From: Podarcis melisellensis
Taxonomy: Eukaryota
DNA: 64,000 nt
Assembly (NCBI GenBank): GCA_964234715.1
Contig: OZ174281.1
Reading direction: 5' to 3' (one strand)
Within the stretch, counting starts at the first letter, position 1; each line of letters starts with the position of its first letter. Below, in pieces: positions 37,833-50,240 of the stretch. The position numbers were made by a program, and so were the translations under genes. The notes beneath the pieces are model-generated. The model made no database searches. It saw only the letters and a list, made by a program, of their open reading frames with translations, and was not told where the DNA came from.

Positions 37833-38072
37833 CAGGGGTCTGCAACCTAAGGCCCATGGGCCGGAACTGGACTGCGGACATCATTTGACTGGCGCAGGAG
37901 CTGCCCCTGAACTGAGTTGCCCACACGCAGGTTGCGCTAAACCGGCGCGGCGCAGCACAGGGACTCCCTTCCGCGGCGCTAAAAATTGCATCTGCGCATG
38001 CACGATCTGACCCATGGAGGGATCTCCACTGGGCCGATTTGGCCCAGGCAAGATAAACCTTGCTGACCCCTG
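37833..38072. mobile_element. Non-autonomous hAT transposon (240 bp)
   Basis: caggggtctgcaa...ttgctgacccctg; perfect 8-bp TSD tgttagaa at 37825-37832 and 38073-38080. Confidence 0.9.
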
Positions 38073-40062
38073 TGTTAGAAGTTTCTTATATTGCAGAATG
38101 GTTGCAATATATGGATTAAATCTACATAGTTAGATCCTAAAATATAATTGCAGATTAATAAATAGATGAATTCATTCAATTCAAATAACCATTAAAATAA
38201 ATAAAAATAAAATTTTCAGAGATGCTTCTAGATTTGGAATGAGAACTAGCCAAGTCATTCATCTATTTCACTTGTTGTTTTTTTAAAACACATGGCATCT
38301 AACAAGGTATTAGCACAGGGGTGCTCTGCAGATATCATTAGACTTCAGCTGCCCTAAGCCTCAGCCAGTATGGGTAATGTTCAGGGATGATGAGAGCTCT
38401 AGTTCAGGAGCAACTGGATGACCACAAATTCCCCATCTCTGCACAGCTGAATCTGACAAGGTCAGAAATAAATCCAGCATTGATAGCTGGAATAAGGCGG
38501 CATTCTGTGATCAATTAGAAGGGTTGGAAATTTCTTTAGATCTGAAAAAATAGACCCCCACTGTTGTAAAATGTACTGTGATCAACTCTAGAACTGCTAC
38601 AGCTTATTTATAGCAGTTTTAATTCATCTTCTTCAGGAGGAGAAAGATTTACTTACACATTTAAACAACGGAAGATGTATAATTAACTGAGATAAATGAT
38701 ACATTGTGGAATCATGGAAATTAAGTGAAGAAGTTAATTCATGTTTTGCAGTATTTTTGTTCCATAACTTCTTCATCACCTTATTTCTTTGTGTTGAAAG
38801 AGAGAAAATGAAAGCATTTAGCTGTATAATGTCTTTTATGCAATGCAATATATGTCATAGGAATATTTGGATTCAAAGACCCACTAACACACACAAAGGT
38901 AAATATCCTACTGAGAGACAAAGAACACAAAGAAGAAAACAATCACTATGAACATTAGTTAATTGCATTTTCCCCATTCTAGCTGTAGCAAATCATAGTC
39001 CATCTTAACCTAGCAAATCATAGTAGGGAGAGCTTTTCTTGGTTGAAATAATAGAACACCCATAATTCACCTTTCTTTTATACTGGAAATAGCTAGCAAT
39101 TCAGGTAAAGAATGGTTTTTCCCAAAAATGATTTCCAAATCAATAAAGATTTTACGGTTTGCCCTGATATCATGTCATGTAAGTGAGTGGTTTGAAATTG
39201 TTTGCATAAAAGGAAAATAAATGGAGAACAGGATGGTTCATGATATTATTAAAAAGATACACAGACTTTTGCCTTCCAGAAGTCCACGAAAACATAAAGG
39301 CTTTTTAAAAAAGTCCTATTCTTGCACAGCTCATTTAAAGTTTGGTGGTCTTCGTATAAGAATCTGCTCATACATTAAAGTCAGTTTTTTCTTTCATTGC
39401 TGCTGCATCTGTTGTTAATTTATTAAATTTCTAGGCAACCCTCCCTACTAAAGGAGCTCAGTGAAGTGGAACATGCACTATAGAAAGCCCAGAACTTTTT
39501 AGCACACTGTGTTCAGATATGGTTTTCAAACTTTCTTCCCTGAGGGAACTCTTTTTGCATCAACTTCCACCAGATAATATTGCTTGACTTTCAGCCAAAG
39601 AAACACTGGATTTGGGGCTTGTGATAGGGCACTGTTAGGGCAAGAGACAGGAGAATGTAGCAATAACACACACAGTGCCAGCCTCTGTCTTGGTGTGCCT
39701 TGGGATAGATGATTTACTCTCCCACAGTTCAAGCATGTCCACATCTCCCATCTTCTTCCTTTATTGCTTGGTTCCCAGCCTGTTCCCTCCTGTGCCAGGC
39801 AGATTGCCAGCATTTGTGGATGATGACACAGCTACTGCCACTCCTCCTCTTCACCTATGGACCTAAAATAGGCAGATCTGTCAATCATTGGTAGTGGTGG
39901 ACAAGTTATCCTTCACAGAAGCTTGTCTACTGTTGCTGTTCTATTTATTAAGGAGCTCTTGGTAAGGTACTGAGGAACTCTTGGGCTCCTAGTCAGAAAA
40001 CCATTATCCTAGAACCTGACACAGTTTAACCAGTAGCAGGTGTATTTGTCTTTTCAACAGTA

Positions 40063-40288
40063 CAGTGGTACTTCGGGTTACATACGTTTCAGGTTACAGA
40101 CTCCGCTAACCCAGAAATAGTGCTTCAGGTTAAGAACTTTGCTTCAGGATGAGAATAGAAATTGTGCTCTGGCGGCGCAGCAGCAGCAGGAGGCCCCATT
40201 AGCTAAAGTGCTGGTTTAGGTTAAGAACAGTTTCAAGTTAAGTATGGACATCCAGAACGAATTAAGTACTTAACCCGAGGTACCACTG
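40063..40288. mobile_element. Tc1/mariner (Tigger-like) MITE
   Basis: TA|cagtggtacttcgggtta...taacccgaggtaccactg|TA. Confidence 0.88.
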
Positions 40289-40319
40289 TAGTTGGACTGT
40301 GCATGATTCTCTTTTTGTT

Positions 40320-41315
40320 TGCAGCAGCAGCAAAATAAAGCTAATGTTTTCTAGGCTGCATCAACAGAAGTATAGTGTCCAGATCCAGGGAAGTAATGAA
40401 GGTAAAGGTAAAGGGACCCCTGACCATTAGGTCCAGTCGTGACCGACTCTGGGGTTGCGGCATCATCTCGCTTTATTGGTCGAGGGAGCCAACATACAGC
40501 TTCCAGGTCATGTGGCCAGCATGACTAAGCTGCTTCTGGCGAACCAGAGCAGCACACAGAAACACCGTTTACCTTCCCGCCGGAGCGGTACCTATTTATC
40601 TACTTGCACTTTGATGTGCTTTCAAACTGCTAGGTTGGCAGGAGCAGGAACCGAGCAACAGGAGCTCACCCCGTCGCGGGGTTTCGAACCACTGACCTTC
40701 TGATCGGCAAGCCCTAGGCCCTGTGGTTTAATCCACAGCGCCACCCGGGTCCCAGGGGAAGTAATAGTCGTGCTCTATACTATCTCGGTCAGACCACAAC
40801 TAGAATACTGTGTCCAATTTTGGGCACCACGGTTTGAGAAGGATGTGGACAGGCTGGAACATGTTCAGAAGAGGGCAACCAAGATCATCAAGGGTCTGGA
40901 AACCAAACCTTATGAGGAACAGTTGAAGGAGCTGATTATGTTTAGCCTGGAAAAGAGGAGACTGAGAGGAGATATGACAGCCATACTCTAATATCTCAAG
41001 AGCAGTCACGTGGAAGAGGGAGAAAGTTTGTTTTCTCCTGCTCTGGAGGGTGGGACTCGAACCAATGACTTCAAGTTGCAAGAAAGGAGATTCCAACTAA
41101 ACATCAGGGGGACTTTCTGACAGTAAGAGCTATTCGACAGTAGAACAGTCTCCCTCGAGAGGTTGTGGATTATCCTTCCTTGAAGGTTTTTAAGCAGAGG
41201 TTGGATAACCATCTGTCATGGATGCATTAGCTGAGATTCCTGCCTTGCTTGGGGGGGGGGGCGTTTAGACTATATGACCCTTGAGGTCCCTTCCAACTCT
41301 ACAATTTTGTGATTC
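40320..41315 (+). mobile_element. CR1 LINE 3' portion, interrupted by a Sauria SINE
   Basis: [40 protein letters not shown]...[10 protein letters not shown] (CR1 ORF2 C-terminus); 3' end gaggtcccttccaactctacaattttgtgattc. Confidence 0.92.
40398..40753 (-). mobile_element. Sauria SINE nested in CR1
   Basis: Full SINE body; gggaagtaat duplicated on both sides (TSD taken from CR1 sequence). Confidence 0.92.
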
Positions 41316-41564
41316 ATAATTGCAGCAGTGGAGTTCTATATGAAATAACATACATAAGATGTAAGTCAGCACTGGTCGAAAATGCAAAACCTGACTCATA
41401 CGTTGTTGTTACAAATGAATAGGCTTGGTCGTGTTGACATTCTATAAGCACAGCAAAATAAAAGGCCTGAGGAAGGAATCAGCACCAGACACTTGCCGTT
41501 TCTCTGATTTAACACCCCCCCTTTGTTTTATACAACTTTTGAATGAGCCACATTGTAGCACGTA

Positions 41565-41867
41565 CAGCGGCGGAGGAAGCCTCTTGGCCATCTGGGGCGG
41601 GGCGCCCTGCCCATAGGGACGCAGAGCGTGCAGCTCCCCCTAGGGACGCGATGTGCATGGCCCATCCCACCCGCTGCCTGCCCGCTGCCTCCCCCCCCCC
41701 AGCTGTAGGGCGGTTGAGGCCCCACATGTCGCATCCCTATGGGCGTCGTGTGTCCCGTCGTGTCCCTATCAGCATGGGGGCAATCTGCCCAGGTGGGAAT
41801 TTTGTCACCCTTTCAGGGATGGCACCCGGAGTGCGCCACCCCACCGCCCAGCCTTTCTCCACCACTG
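41565..41867. mobile_element. GC-rich non-autonomous hAT (Tip100-like) element
   Basis: cagcggcggagga...tctccaccactg ends; perfect 8-bp TSD agcacgta at 41557-41564 and 41868-41875. Confidence 0.85.
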
Positions 41868-44588
41868 AGCACGTATCAGGCTGTTTGTCTGTCTCATGGT
41901 CATTAGCCCCTAAATGATGAGTCTTTGTGCATTGATCACCCTAGAGGTACCACACTGAGGCTAGTGAAGAGGAGAAACCCTTCTAGTTGTATTCACAGAT
42001 TGCATTGCACATGTTGTTATAAATTCCCTACTCTATTAGAAATCTGTTGCCACACAAACATTAGATGATCCACAGGAGAGGCAAAAAGTAAAGCAGTGAA
42101 CTTAATGAAATTTGACATTTTCCCCCAGTCACTGTTGCCATTTGGGTAACTTCGGCTAAGCAAAAGGCAATTTGTGCATGTGTAAATTACAATGTGTTTC
42201 CTTTAAGCAAATCAAGCATGTGTGACATTTGGATTCAGCTTGCCCTTTCCAATGTTCTCGAATTGACCCTTACCTATGTGACCGCAGCCGTAAATCCAAA
42301 CTTTGCAGATTATGCTGTTCCCATTACTATTCTTTGGTAGAACCAAGGAGCAAAATTCTTCTGACTTATCTCATGCGTGAATACATACCCAGCTCCCTTC
42401 TAAAACTTCTCCACAGTTCTTATTGTTAGCTGATGCATCAAAAGTGAAATCTTAACAAAAGTACATGACTGCAGTTCAGCAAAGCTTAGAGCAGCCCTGG
42501 GCAAATTGTTTCCTTCCATTCCAAACAGTCCACTATGATGGGTCCACAAGTAAGTTGGCAAGCCTCCCGGTTTTTTTGCCTCTCTGAGCTTGCAAAAATC
42601 AGGGGTTTGTCAGTAACATGAAAACCACAGTGCTTTGGGTGTGGTAGGTTTGCCTTAGAGAGAAAATTAGCCAAAGCAGTTGTGTGTGTGCACCTGTATG
42701 TGTGCATATATGTTAAGGGGAATACAAGTTGAGCAGTTAATGTGCATAACAACAGACCATTGTTATCTGTAATCTGCCCTTGAAGAAGGAATTTTGAACA
42801 TTTCCCAGTAAACATGCATCATCTACAACAGGTCTTGGGGAATGGGCATATTTTGACGGAATTGTATACATTCTGTGGTCAATGTGCAGAATCTCCAATA
42901 TGTCATAATCTCTCACTGATCAGTTTGGAAATGGGAAGAAATAGACTTATGGATGAAAGCATGCAAGAGAGACACTGGCCAGAGATTGAGTGATCTCCCC
43001 ATTCTTATATGTATATAGGTATATGTATGTTTTGTGATACAGGAGACTGTCTTACAGCTGTGCAACACCTTGCATTTATCATAACAAAAGTAGACATGTG
43101 TAAATCAGACTTTGACTGTTGAGATATTGGAAGCTCCCAGGGATGCAGACAGATAATGCTGGAGGGAATTGTAGGGGCCTACTCCTCCACTGTGAATCTC
43201 TGCTTATCTTCTATCTTCTTAGCAGCTAATTGTCCTAGGAATTAGGAAGGAAAGGAACAACTGCCAGCTCATTTGTCTTCAGGCATCCTCCCTTCTTCTT
43301 AGTTCACACTAGGGTAAAGGATGAAGTTCAGTTCTAATATGATGTGCTTGTAACAGTTTGCATAATGAAATGCAGGTATCCTTAGAAATTATCATTTCTC
43401 CAGTTTTTGCAAAAAAAAGTACAAAAAAGCATCGGAGGAAATGTGCATAAGAATACCTATATTAAAGAAAATAACATACAAAATGTATCATATGAGACAA
43501 AATGTTGCAAAAATGTGTATATTGGGCAAAACTGCATAAAATGTGAATATTGAAAGAAATGCATATTAATGCAGAAATATGACAAACTAAATTTAAGATT
43601 GAAAAAATTAGAATCCGAGAAAAACAGCAATTTGTCCTCATTTGCATACAGAGACTTCTGAAATAACAATTACTTCCTTTCTGTCACATACTTCTGAGGA
43701 TTATGAGCAGGGCTTGTTGATAACACGACATACTGATGGCAGGAGGGCGACTCCTGTTTCTCTGCCCTACCTTTAAAGCTTTCTGTTCTCAAAACAGTGG
43801 CCCTCCTCAAGAACCACGCAGTTTTAAAATGTCAAGGACAAACAAAATTGATTTGCTCCACAGTAGCCTCATGTTCCGTTCATATTGCTCGTTTCATTGC
43901 AAGAATATGCAGGTGAAACTCAGGTTAGAGGGCTTTCATTACGATTCCTCTGTGATTATAACATCACCACTGACCTGCTCTCATTTTATACTTTGTCCTT
44001 TTGGTCTTTCTCATCGCTTCAGCTTTCTCTTTCCTGTTGCAGATAGTCCTGTTACATTTGTTGTATCCAGATCAGGTCTGCACACAGAGCTGAACACAGC
44101 TGTGTATGTTGTTCCATGCTTAGCACTGCAAAAAGGAAATGGACGAAAGGTGGGTGGGTGGGTGGGTGGGTGGTTGCCAAACACCTGGCAATCCACCAAC
44201 AAGTGATTGTTGGGTGCTGTTCAGCTTACCAGGTTGTTATTTGCATAGAACATATGGTTCATAGAGAACCAAGGTCTCATGGTATTGTAACATTGTGCTT
44301 TCTTACCATGGGACATTTTTGATGGTGAAATGCAGAGGAGAACATAGAGTGAATAGATCAGTGTTGGGTAAACTCCACCTGAGTGGTCAGGGATGATGAG
44401 AATTGCACTCCATCAGCATCTGAAGGGCTTCAGGTTCATTATCTCTGCAATAAATCCACACACAGTTCACCACATGGTGAAGCCACTGTAGGATAACAAC
44501 ATCACATAACCAGTTCACCACATGGCCTAAATTTATTGGTGCCATTGCAAAGCTTGCTTCGAATTAGGATAGTGTACTGGAGCTCAGA

Positions 44589-44939
44589 GGGACGTGGGTG
44601 GCGCTGCGGGTTAAACCACAGAGCCTAGGACTTGCCGATCGAAAGGTCGGTGGTTCAAATCCCCACGACGGGGTGAGCTGCCATTGCTCGGTCCCTGCTC
44701 CTGCCAACGTAGCAGTTCGAAAGCACATCAAAGTGCAAGTAGATAAATAGGTACCGCTCCAGCGGGAAGGTAAACGGCGTTTCTGTGCAGTGCTTTGGTT
44801 CTCCGGAAGCAGCTTAGTCATGCTGGCCATATGACCCGGAAGCTGTAGGCTGGCTCCCTCGGCCAATAAAGCAAGATGAGCGCCACAACCCCAGAGTCGG
44901 TCACGACTGGATGTAATGGTCAGGGGTCCATTTACCTTT
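44589..44939 (+). mobile_element. Sauria SINE, full length
   Basis: Head gggacgtgggtggcgctgcgggtt, B box ggttcaaatccc, tail tttaccttt; TSD act(g/a)gagctcag. Confidence 0.93.
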
Positions 44940-45735
44940 ACTAGAGCTCAGCATCCTGCCTCAGCCATGAAGTATGTTGAGCAGTCTTGAATTTTAGTAT
45001 CTCTAAGTTGAAATTACCTTTCAGAGTTGCTATGAGGGGAAAGCATAAGATGATTCATAAACCCTTGAGATACTTTGTGGAAAATTAGAATTGCCACTGA
45101 ATTTTCCCTGGGGCAACAGCTGAAGAAAATTAAAGATTCTTCCTCAGGTGAAACATCCATTATTATAAGAAAATAATTGGGAAAACACTTCATTAACATT
45201 TCACAGGAGGTGTCTACATTTCAGGGGTGGATCAAAATGTGATTTATAAATGTGCTTTGAATTGTAAACACAGGGAATATGATAAAGTCACATGGTCTCT
45301 TTACCTTGTGCCAACTAGTCTGTATTCTCAGTACACCAGTTTTGATCACACAAACTGCTTCCATAAAAACAAAGCCCTGATGGATCAGGCCAAAGATCCA
45401 TCTATCAGGACTGGAGTACAACAGCATTCTCCCCTGTTATGATTCCCAGCAGCTGTATACAGTTCCATAGTGTGTCATGTACTGAAGACAACAATCCCCT
45501 TGGTCACCAAAGCTAATAATGCAAGACAGAGGGTGGATCTACACTCATGGTTTTTAATGTCAAGGAAGGGTTAAGGAATGGTTTTGATAATGTAGATGGA
45601 CACCTGACATCCTACCTTTTATGTTCATAATGCATTATTACCTTGTCTTTTTTATCACTTATTTTTAATCGTTTTATGCTGCTATATCGGTGAAACACTG
45701 CTTATATGTTCCTCTATAGGTTGTTGTTTTTTAAT

Positions 45736-46082
45736 GGGATGTGAGTGGTGCTGTAGGTTAAACCACAGAGCCTAGGACTTGCTGATCAGAAGGTCAGTGG
45801 TTCGAATCCCCGCAATGGGGTGAGCTCCTGTTGCTCAGTCCCAATGCCAACCTAGCAGTTTGAAAGCACATCAAAGTGCAAGTAGATAAATGGGTACCCC
45901 TCCAGCAGGAAGGTAAACTGCGTTTCCGTGTGCTGCTCTGGTTTGCCAGAATTGGCTTAGTCATGCTGGCCGCATGACCTGGAAGCTGTACGCCGGCTCC
46001 CTCGGCCAATAAAGCGAGATGAGCGCCGCAACCCCAGAGTCGGTCACAACTGGACCTAATAGTCAGGGGTCCCTTTACCTTT
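45736..46082 (+). mobile_element. Sauria SINE, full length
   Basis: Head gggatgtgagtggtgctgtaggtt, B box ggttcgaatccc, tail ccctttaccttt. Confidence 0.92.
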
Positions 46083-47701
46083 ATAGGCTTTTAATCTTTT
46101 TTTTTACTGCATTCAAAGTCCCCACGCCCACAATGGTATTCAAGGGACAGTGTTCAAAGGACACAGAGGGAGGGAGGGAAGATTAAAACGTGACGCCAGA
46201 GCAACCAGCGACCAGCAGGGAAAGAAACAGCATTTGGGAAAATGGTGTGGCTCGGTATTGCTTCCATTTGATGAGGGGGGGGGACCAAGTTAAAAAACAT
46301 TTTAATTAACAAGAATGCCCTGCAAGGTTTCAGTACAACATATCTAATATTGTTCTATTATGAGGAAATAACATTAAACAGGTCAGTGTAGCTCCAACCA
46401 GAGAGACTGAATTGACAATAAATTTGAACAAAGGAAGATGAACACATGCTTTGAAAGGCAGCTGCATGCTTTTTAATTTGTTCTCCTCTTACATCCCCCC
46501 CCGCCCCATTTTTAGTCAAAGGGAAATAGCAAAGTGGATTTAACATTTTACCCTTCACTTGAGTGAAAACATGCATTGTTTGTTTTCATTACTTCCCTTA
46601 ACAGCATGCTGCCAAGGTAAGAGCCATTAAGATGTTCCATATGTTACTGAGGTACCATTACTGAAGGATGGTGGCAGCCTAATTACACAGTACATCATTG
46701 GAAATCTGAGTTTGGCAGGAGCTGAAGAATCCTTCAGAGTTTCAGATTAATCCAAATGACCCTGGCTTTTATTGCTGCTGAATTTCTGGAAATGCAACAG
46801 AATGCCAAGTTGCTGTAAATAAAACACTGCAGCCTAAACAATTTGAAATAAGTAATATACAACTGCCTTGACTCACTTATTCCCTTCATTGTAGAGCCAG
46901 CCATATTTCTTAAAACAGAAAACAAGCTCCTCATTGACTGGGATGTTTTGCAACTTTGTAAGTGAAGAAAAGGGACAACCAGCATTAGAAATTCACCCAT
47001 TGTTTTATGCTGACCTAGACTACAAAAATTAAGGCACTAAAACCCTTCTCAAATATACAAATTTTAAAATGTCTTGTGCAGTATCTGTTCAATCAAGCCC
47101 AGCCCAACCCACCAGCCATGTACACTGGCCTTGACAAATTTCTTGTTACTGTTCCCTACCTGGGATTGCAAAAACGGGAGTGCTGTCAAGTGGTTGGCAG
47201 GCCAGATGGCATGGTTGGTGGACCTAGTCAGAAGCTATACATATTTGATTTATGAACAAGTAAAAGAAATCTAGAGGGCTAGGTTTGCTATTGAAACCTA
47301 CAATGACATACCCTCCAACATTTCTCCAATGAAAATAGGGACATCCTAAGGAAAAATGGGATCAAATCAGAAACTGGGATGGCTTCTGTAAATCTGGGAC
47401 TGAAAAATAGGGATACTTGAAGGGTCTATATTATAATAATATAATTGTAAACATGTTTTCTGATGGCTTCCCATCTGCACCACTCTATCTAGCCCCTTTG
47501 AACTGTTTTAGGTGCTTTTGGGTGTCAAAAATGAATCCAGTCTCCAAGTTGGTAGTGCCATTTCTTGCCTCTGAAGAATGACATTTTCTGCCTCTGGTTT
47601 GTCACAGTTGAAAGAAGCAACTGTATTTGAGGTCAGGAAACAGGAATGAAGGAAAGAGATGGCTTCCCTCCTACTATTTTCCCATTCCCTCACAGTCTAC
47701 A

Positions 47702-47882
47702 GAAAAGCAGAATGTGTGTATCTGTGTGTGCAGCTCTGTGTCACTCTGTTCATGTATGTGTCAAATTGCCTGCCTGAATATTTGTGTTTCTGAAAAGCAG
47801 AATGTGTGTATCTGTGTGTGCAGCTCTGTGTCACTCTGTTCATGTATGTGTCAAATTGCCTGCCTGAATATTTGTGTTTCTG
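47702..47882. repeat. Perfect 90-bp tandem duplication (2 units)
   Basis: gaaaagcagaatgtgtgtatc...gaatatttgtgtttct at 47702-47791 is repeated identically at 47792-47881. Confidence 0.95.
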
Positions 47883-49428
47883 CCTGTTTCCCTGCCCTCT
47901 GTGTGTGTGTGTGTGTGCATCTGTACAAACCTTGGGCTGGAAAAAAGGTAGCCACTCCTGTTTTATAGTATCCTACTTTTCGCCCATTGAATTAAATGGG
48001 TTTCTATGTAGTTTTTCTCCCATCCAAGCACTGTCCAGACATAGGTTTTCCTATTTGTTTGTTTGCATGTACGCTCCAATTTGAAATGCTCTTCTATAAG
48101 TAGTATATAGCTGTAGCAAGGTTTTAGGCCATGTGCTTTTATACCATATGTGGACACTGCAAAATCAGATGCACCTCTTTCCCTGATTTATTGACACTAG
48201 AGATGTATCTTTTTAAGACCCACCTTATTTCTGTAATTTCAATAGTTTAAAACTTTTTTTAAAAAAAAAAAATATTGTATGATACTGTGTTCCAATGCTA
48301 ATACTGTATTTTAATTGTTGTAACCCATCCTGGGTCCTTAGGGTGAAGGATGGGTAACAATAATAGTCAAGAGAGCTGAACTTTCTGAATTGAATATATT
48401 TACTTAGCCTTGGTATGAATGGAATCAGGCCAACGGGCCTAACAAACCGGGAAACCCTCATTCCAGCATGATTAATTTCTAGAGAAACCAAGCTCACAGG
48501 AAACATCCCTCTCCCCTGCTTGCGTCAAGAACCTCTCTTGAAGTACAAAAGGGGGTGGGAAATGACTTCACTAAAATTGATTAGCACAAAATCCCTGACT
48601 TCTGTTTTTGATGAAACGTTAAAATTATAGCTTCCTCTGAAATGATTAAGGAAAATGTTGAGGACATTCTTCTTCCTCGGTAGAATACGAGTGCCTTGTA
48701 GCAGTGGGAACCATTCTGTCAAAATTATGAAGCTGTTAAAATTCTTGTAACAGACTTGGGCAGTGAGAACTTCTAGCAGCAAAATGGCTTTATTCCAGTC
48801 CACTTGTTTTAGCTATGTCTAACGAACGTGGTGTGTAGAAAACAATGTGAAATGCTTTGGTGAGAAAGACACTGTGGTATATGCACACCAACTTTTTGCA
48901 GACATCTCTTTGCTGCTACACAATTGTAAGTGCAGCCCCCAGTGTAAAAATAAAGTGCCTCTGGTTTTAGGGTTATCTCTGGATACTGAAGGGCCTATGA
49001 CCAGAATAGGCATTGAGACCCTGCAGAATAGCAAAGAGATACAGGGCTATCGACACGCTGGTGATATTTCAGCATAATCCGTTTTGGTGTTAGACAAACT
49101 TGATGTGATGCAACTTTGTCAAAAGCTGTGTTGAACCACATTTGCTCTTCATGATTTAAGAAATATTACCTGAATGGCTGATGTAATGCGAATAGCATTT
49201 AACGGCTTGGGATGTTTCATGGTTGATGCTTGCCCAAAACAAGACAACCAGGACATGGCTGCAAATCTAAAACTCTCCAATGCCCATTTCCCCCTGGTTT
49301 ATATTTAATGTATTTATTTATTAAATTTGTGTTGCACCTTTAAAATCAGAATTGGAAGGAAAAAATAGTTTTGGCGTGGCTATTATGATAGGGATTGTAT
49401 AGTGCCCTAATGTGCTTTATTAATGGTA

Positions 49429-49817
49429 GGGACGCAGGTGGCACTGTGGTCTAAATCTCTGAGCCTCTTGAGCTTGCTGATCAGAAGGTCGTGGTTCGAA
49501 TCCCTGCGATGGTGTGAGCTCCCGTTGCTCTGTCCCAACTCCTGCCAACCTAGCAGTTTGAAAGCATGCCAGTGTAAGTAGATAAATAGGTACCACTGTG
49601 GCATGAAGGTAAAGGGCATTTCTGTGCACTCTGGTTTCCGTCACAGTGTTCTGTTGCACCAGAAGCACTTTAGTCACGCTGGCCACATGACCCAGAAAGC
49701 TGTCTGTGGACAAACACCGGCTCCCTCGGCCTGAAAGCAAGATGAGCGCCGCAATCCCATAGTCACCTTTGACTGGACTTAACCGTCCAGGAGTCCTTTA
49801 CCTTTACCTTTTTACCT
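49429..49817 (+). mobile_element. Sauria SINE, longer subfamily
   Basis: Head gggacgcaggtggcactgtgg, B box ggttcgaatccc, internal insertions, (ACCTTT)n tail; TSD ttaatggtag; ends about 83 bp before the 188-bp exon. Confidence 0.92.
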
Positions 49818-49900
49818 ATGTTAATGGTAGCAGCATGCATTACAACTATCTGTAATTTGCCAAGATTTCAGCTGAATAACTGATTATCAATTTTCCACAG

Positions 49901-50088
49901 GTATCTTCCATCTGAAAGTACCTGAAACATCTCTCATTGGTTCAGCCATTGGAAGAATCAGAGCGGTTGATCCTGACTCTGGGAAAAATGCAGAAATTGA
50001 ATATACTATTGTTCCGGGAGATGGAGGGAACTTGTTTGACATCGGCACAGATGAGAACACCCAAGAAGGGGTCATCAAGCTGAAAAAG
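49901..50088 (+). CDS. CDH12: Cadherin-12 internal coding exon (188 bp, phase 1-0), first part of EC3
   Basis: ttttccacag|GT acceptor; AAG|gtatta donor. Translates (S)[62 protein letters not shown]. The 120/168/188 exon-size series is typical of type II cadherins. The next exon (PLDFE...) was not seen in the window. Confidence 0.95.
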
Positions 50089-50090
<2 letters not shown>

Positions 50091-50138
<48 letters not shown>

Positions 50139-50240
50139 CTGCCCTATACCCGGAGGTCTCAGGGTGGTTCACAGTACAAAATCAAAATATAAAACCACAA
50201 AATACAAAATCAAAATACAAACAAAAACCCCTCTCCCCTT
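50091..50240 (-). mobile_element. L2-type LINE 3' tail with (TTA)15 microsatellite abutting the splice donor
   Basis: (TTA)15 at 50092-50136, then tactgccctatacccggaggtctcagggtggttcac, homologous to 29787-29998. Confidence 0.8.

Noticed and set aside
43736-44206. 156-aa ORF
   Set aside because: No recognisable homology or exon signals; includes a (GGGT)n repeat; consistent with chance.
49891-49906. Recursive-splicing site (CAG|GTATCT) at the exon start; also AAG|GTGTCA at 31418
   Set aside because: GT is dictated by the split Ser/Gly codons and the following bases match the donor consensus poorly.
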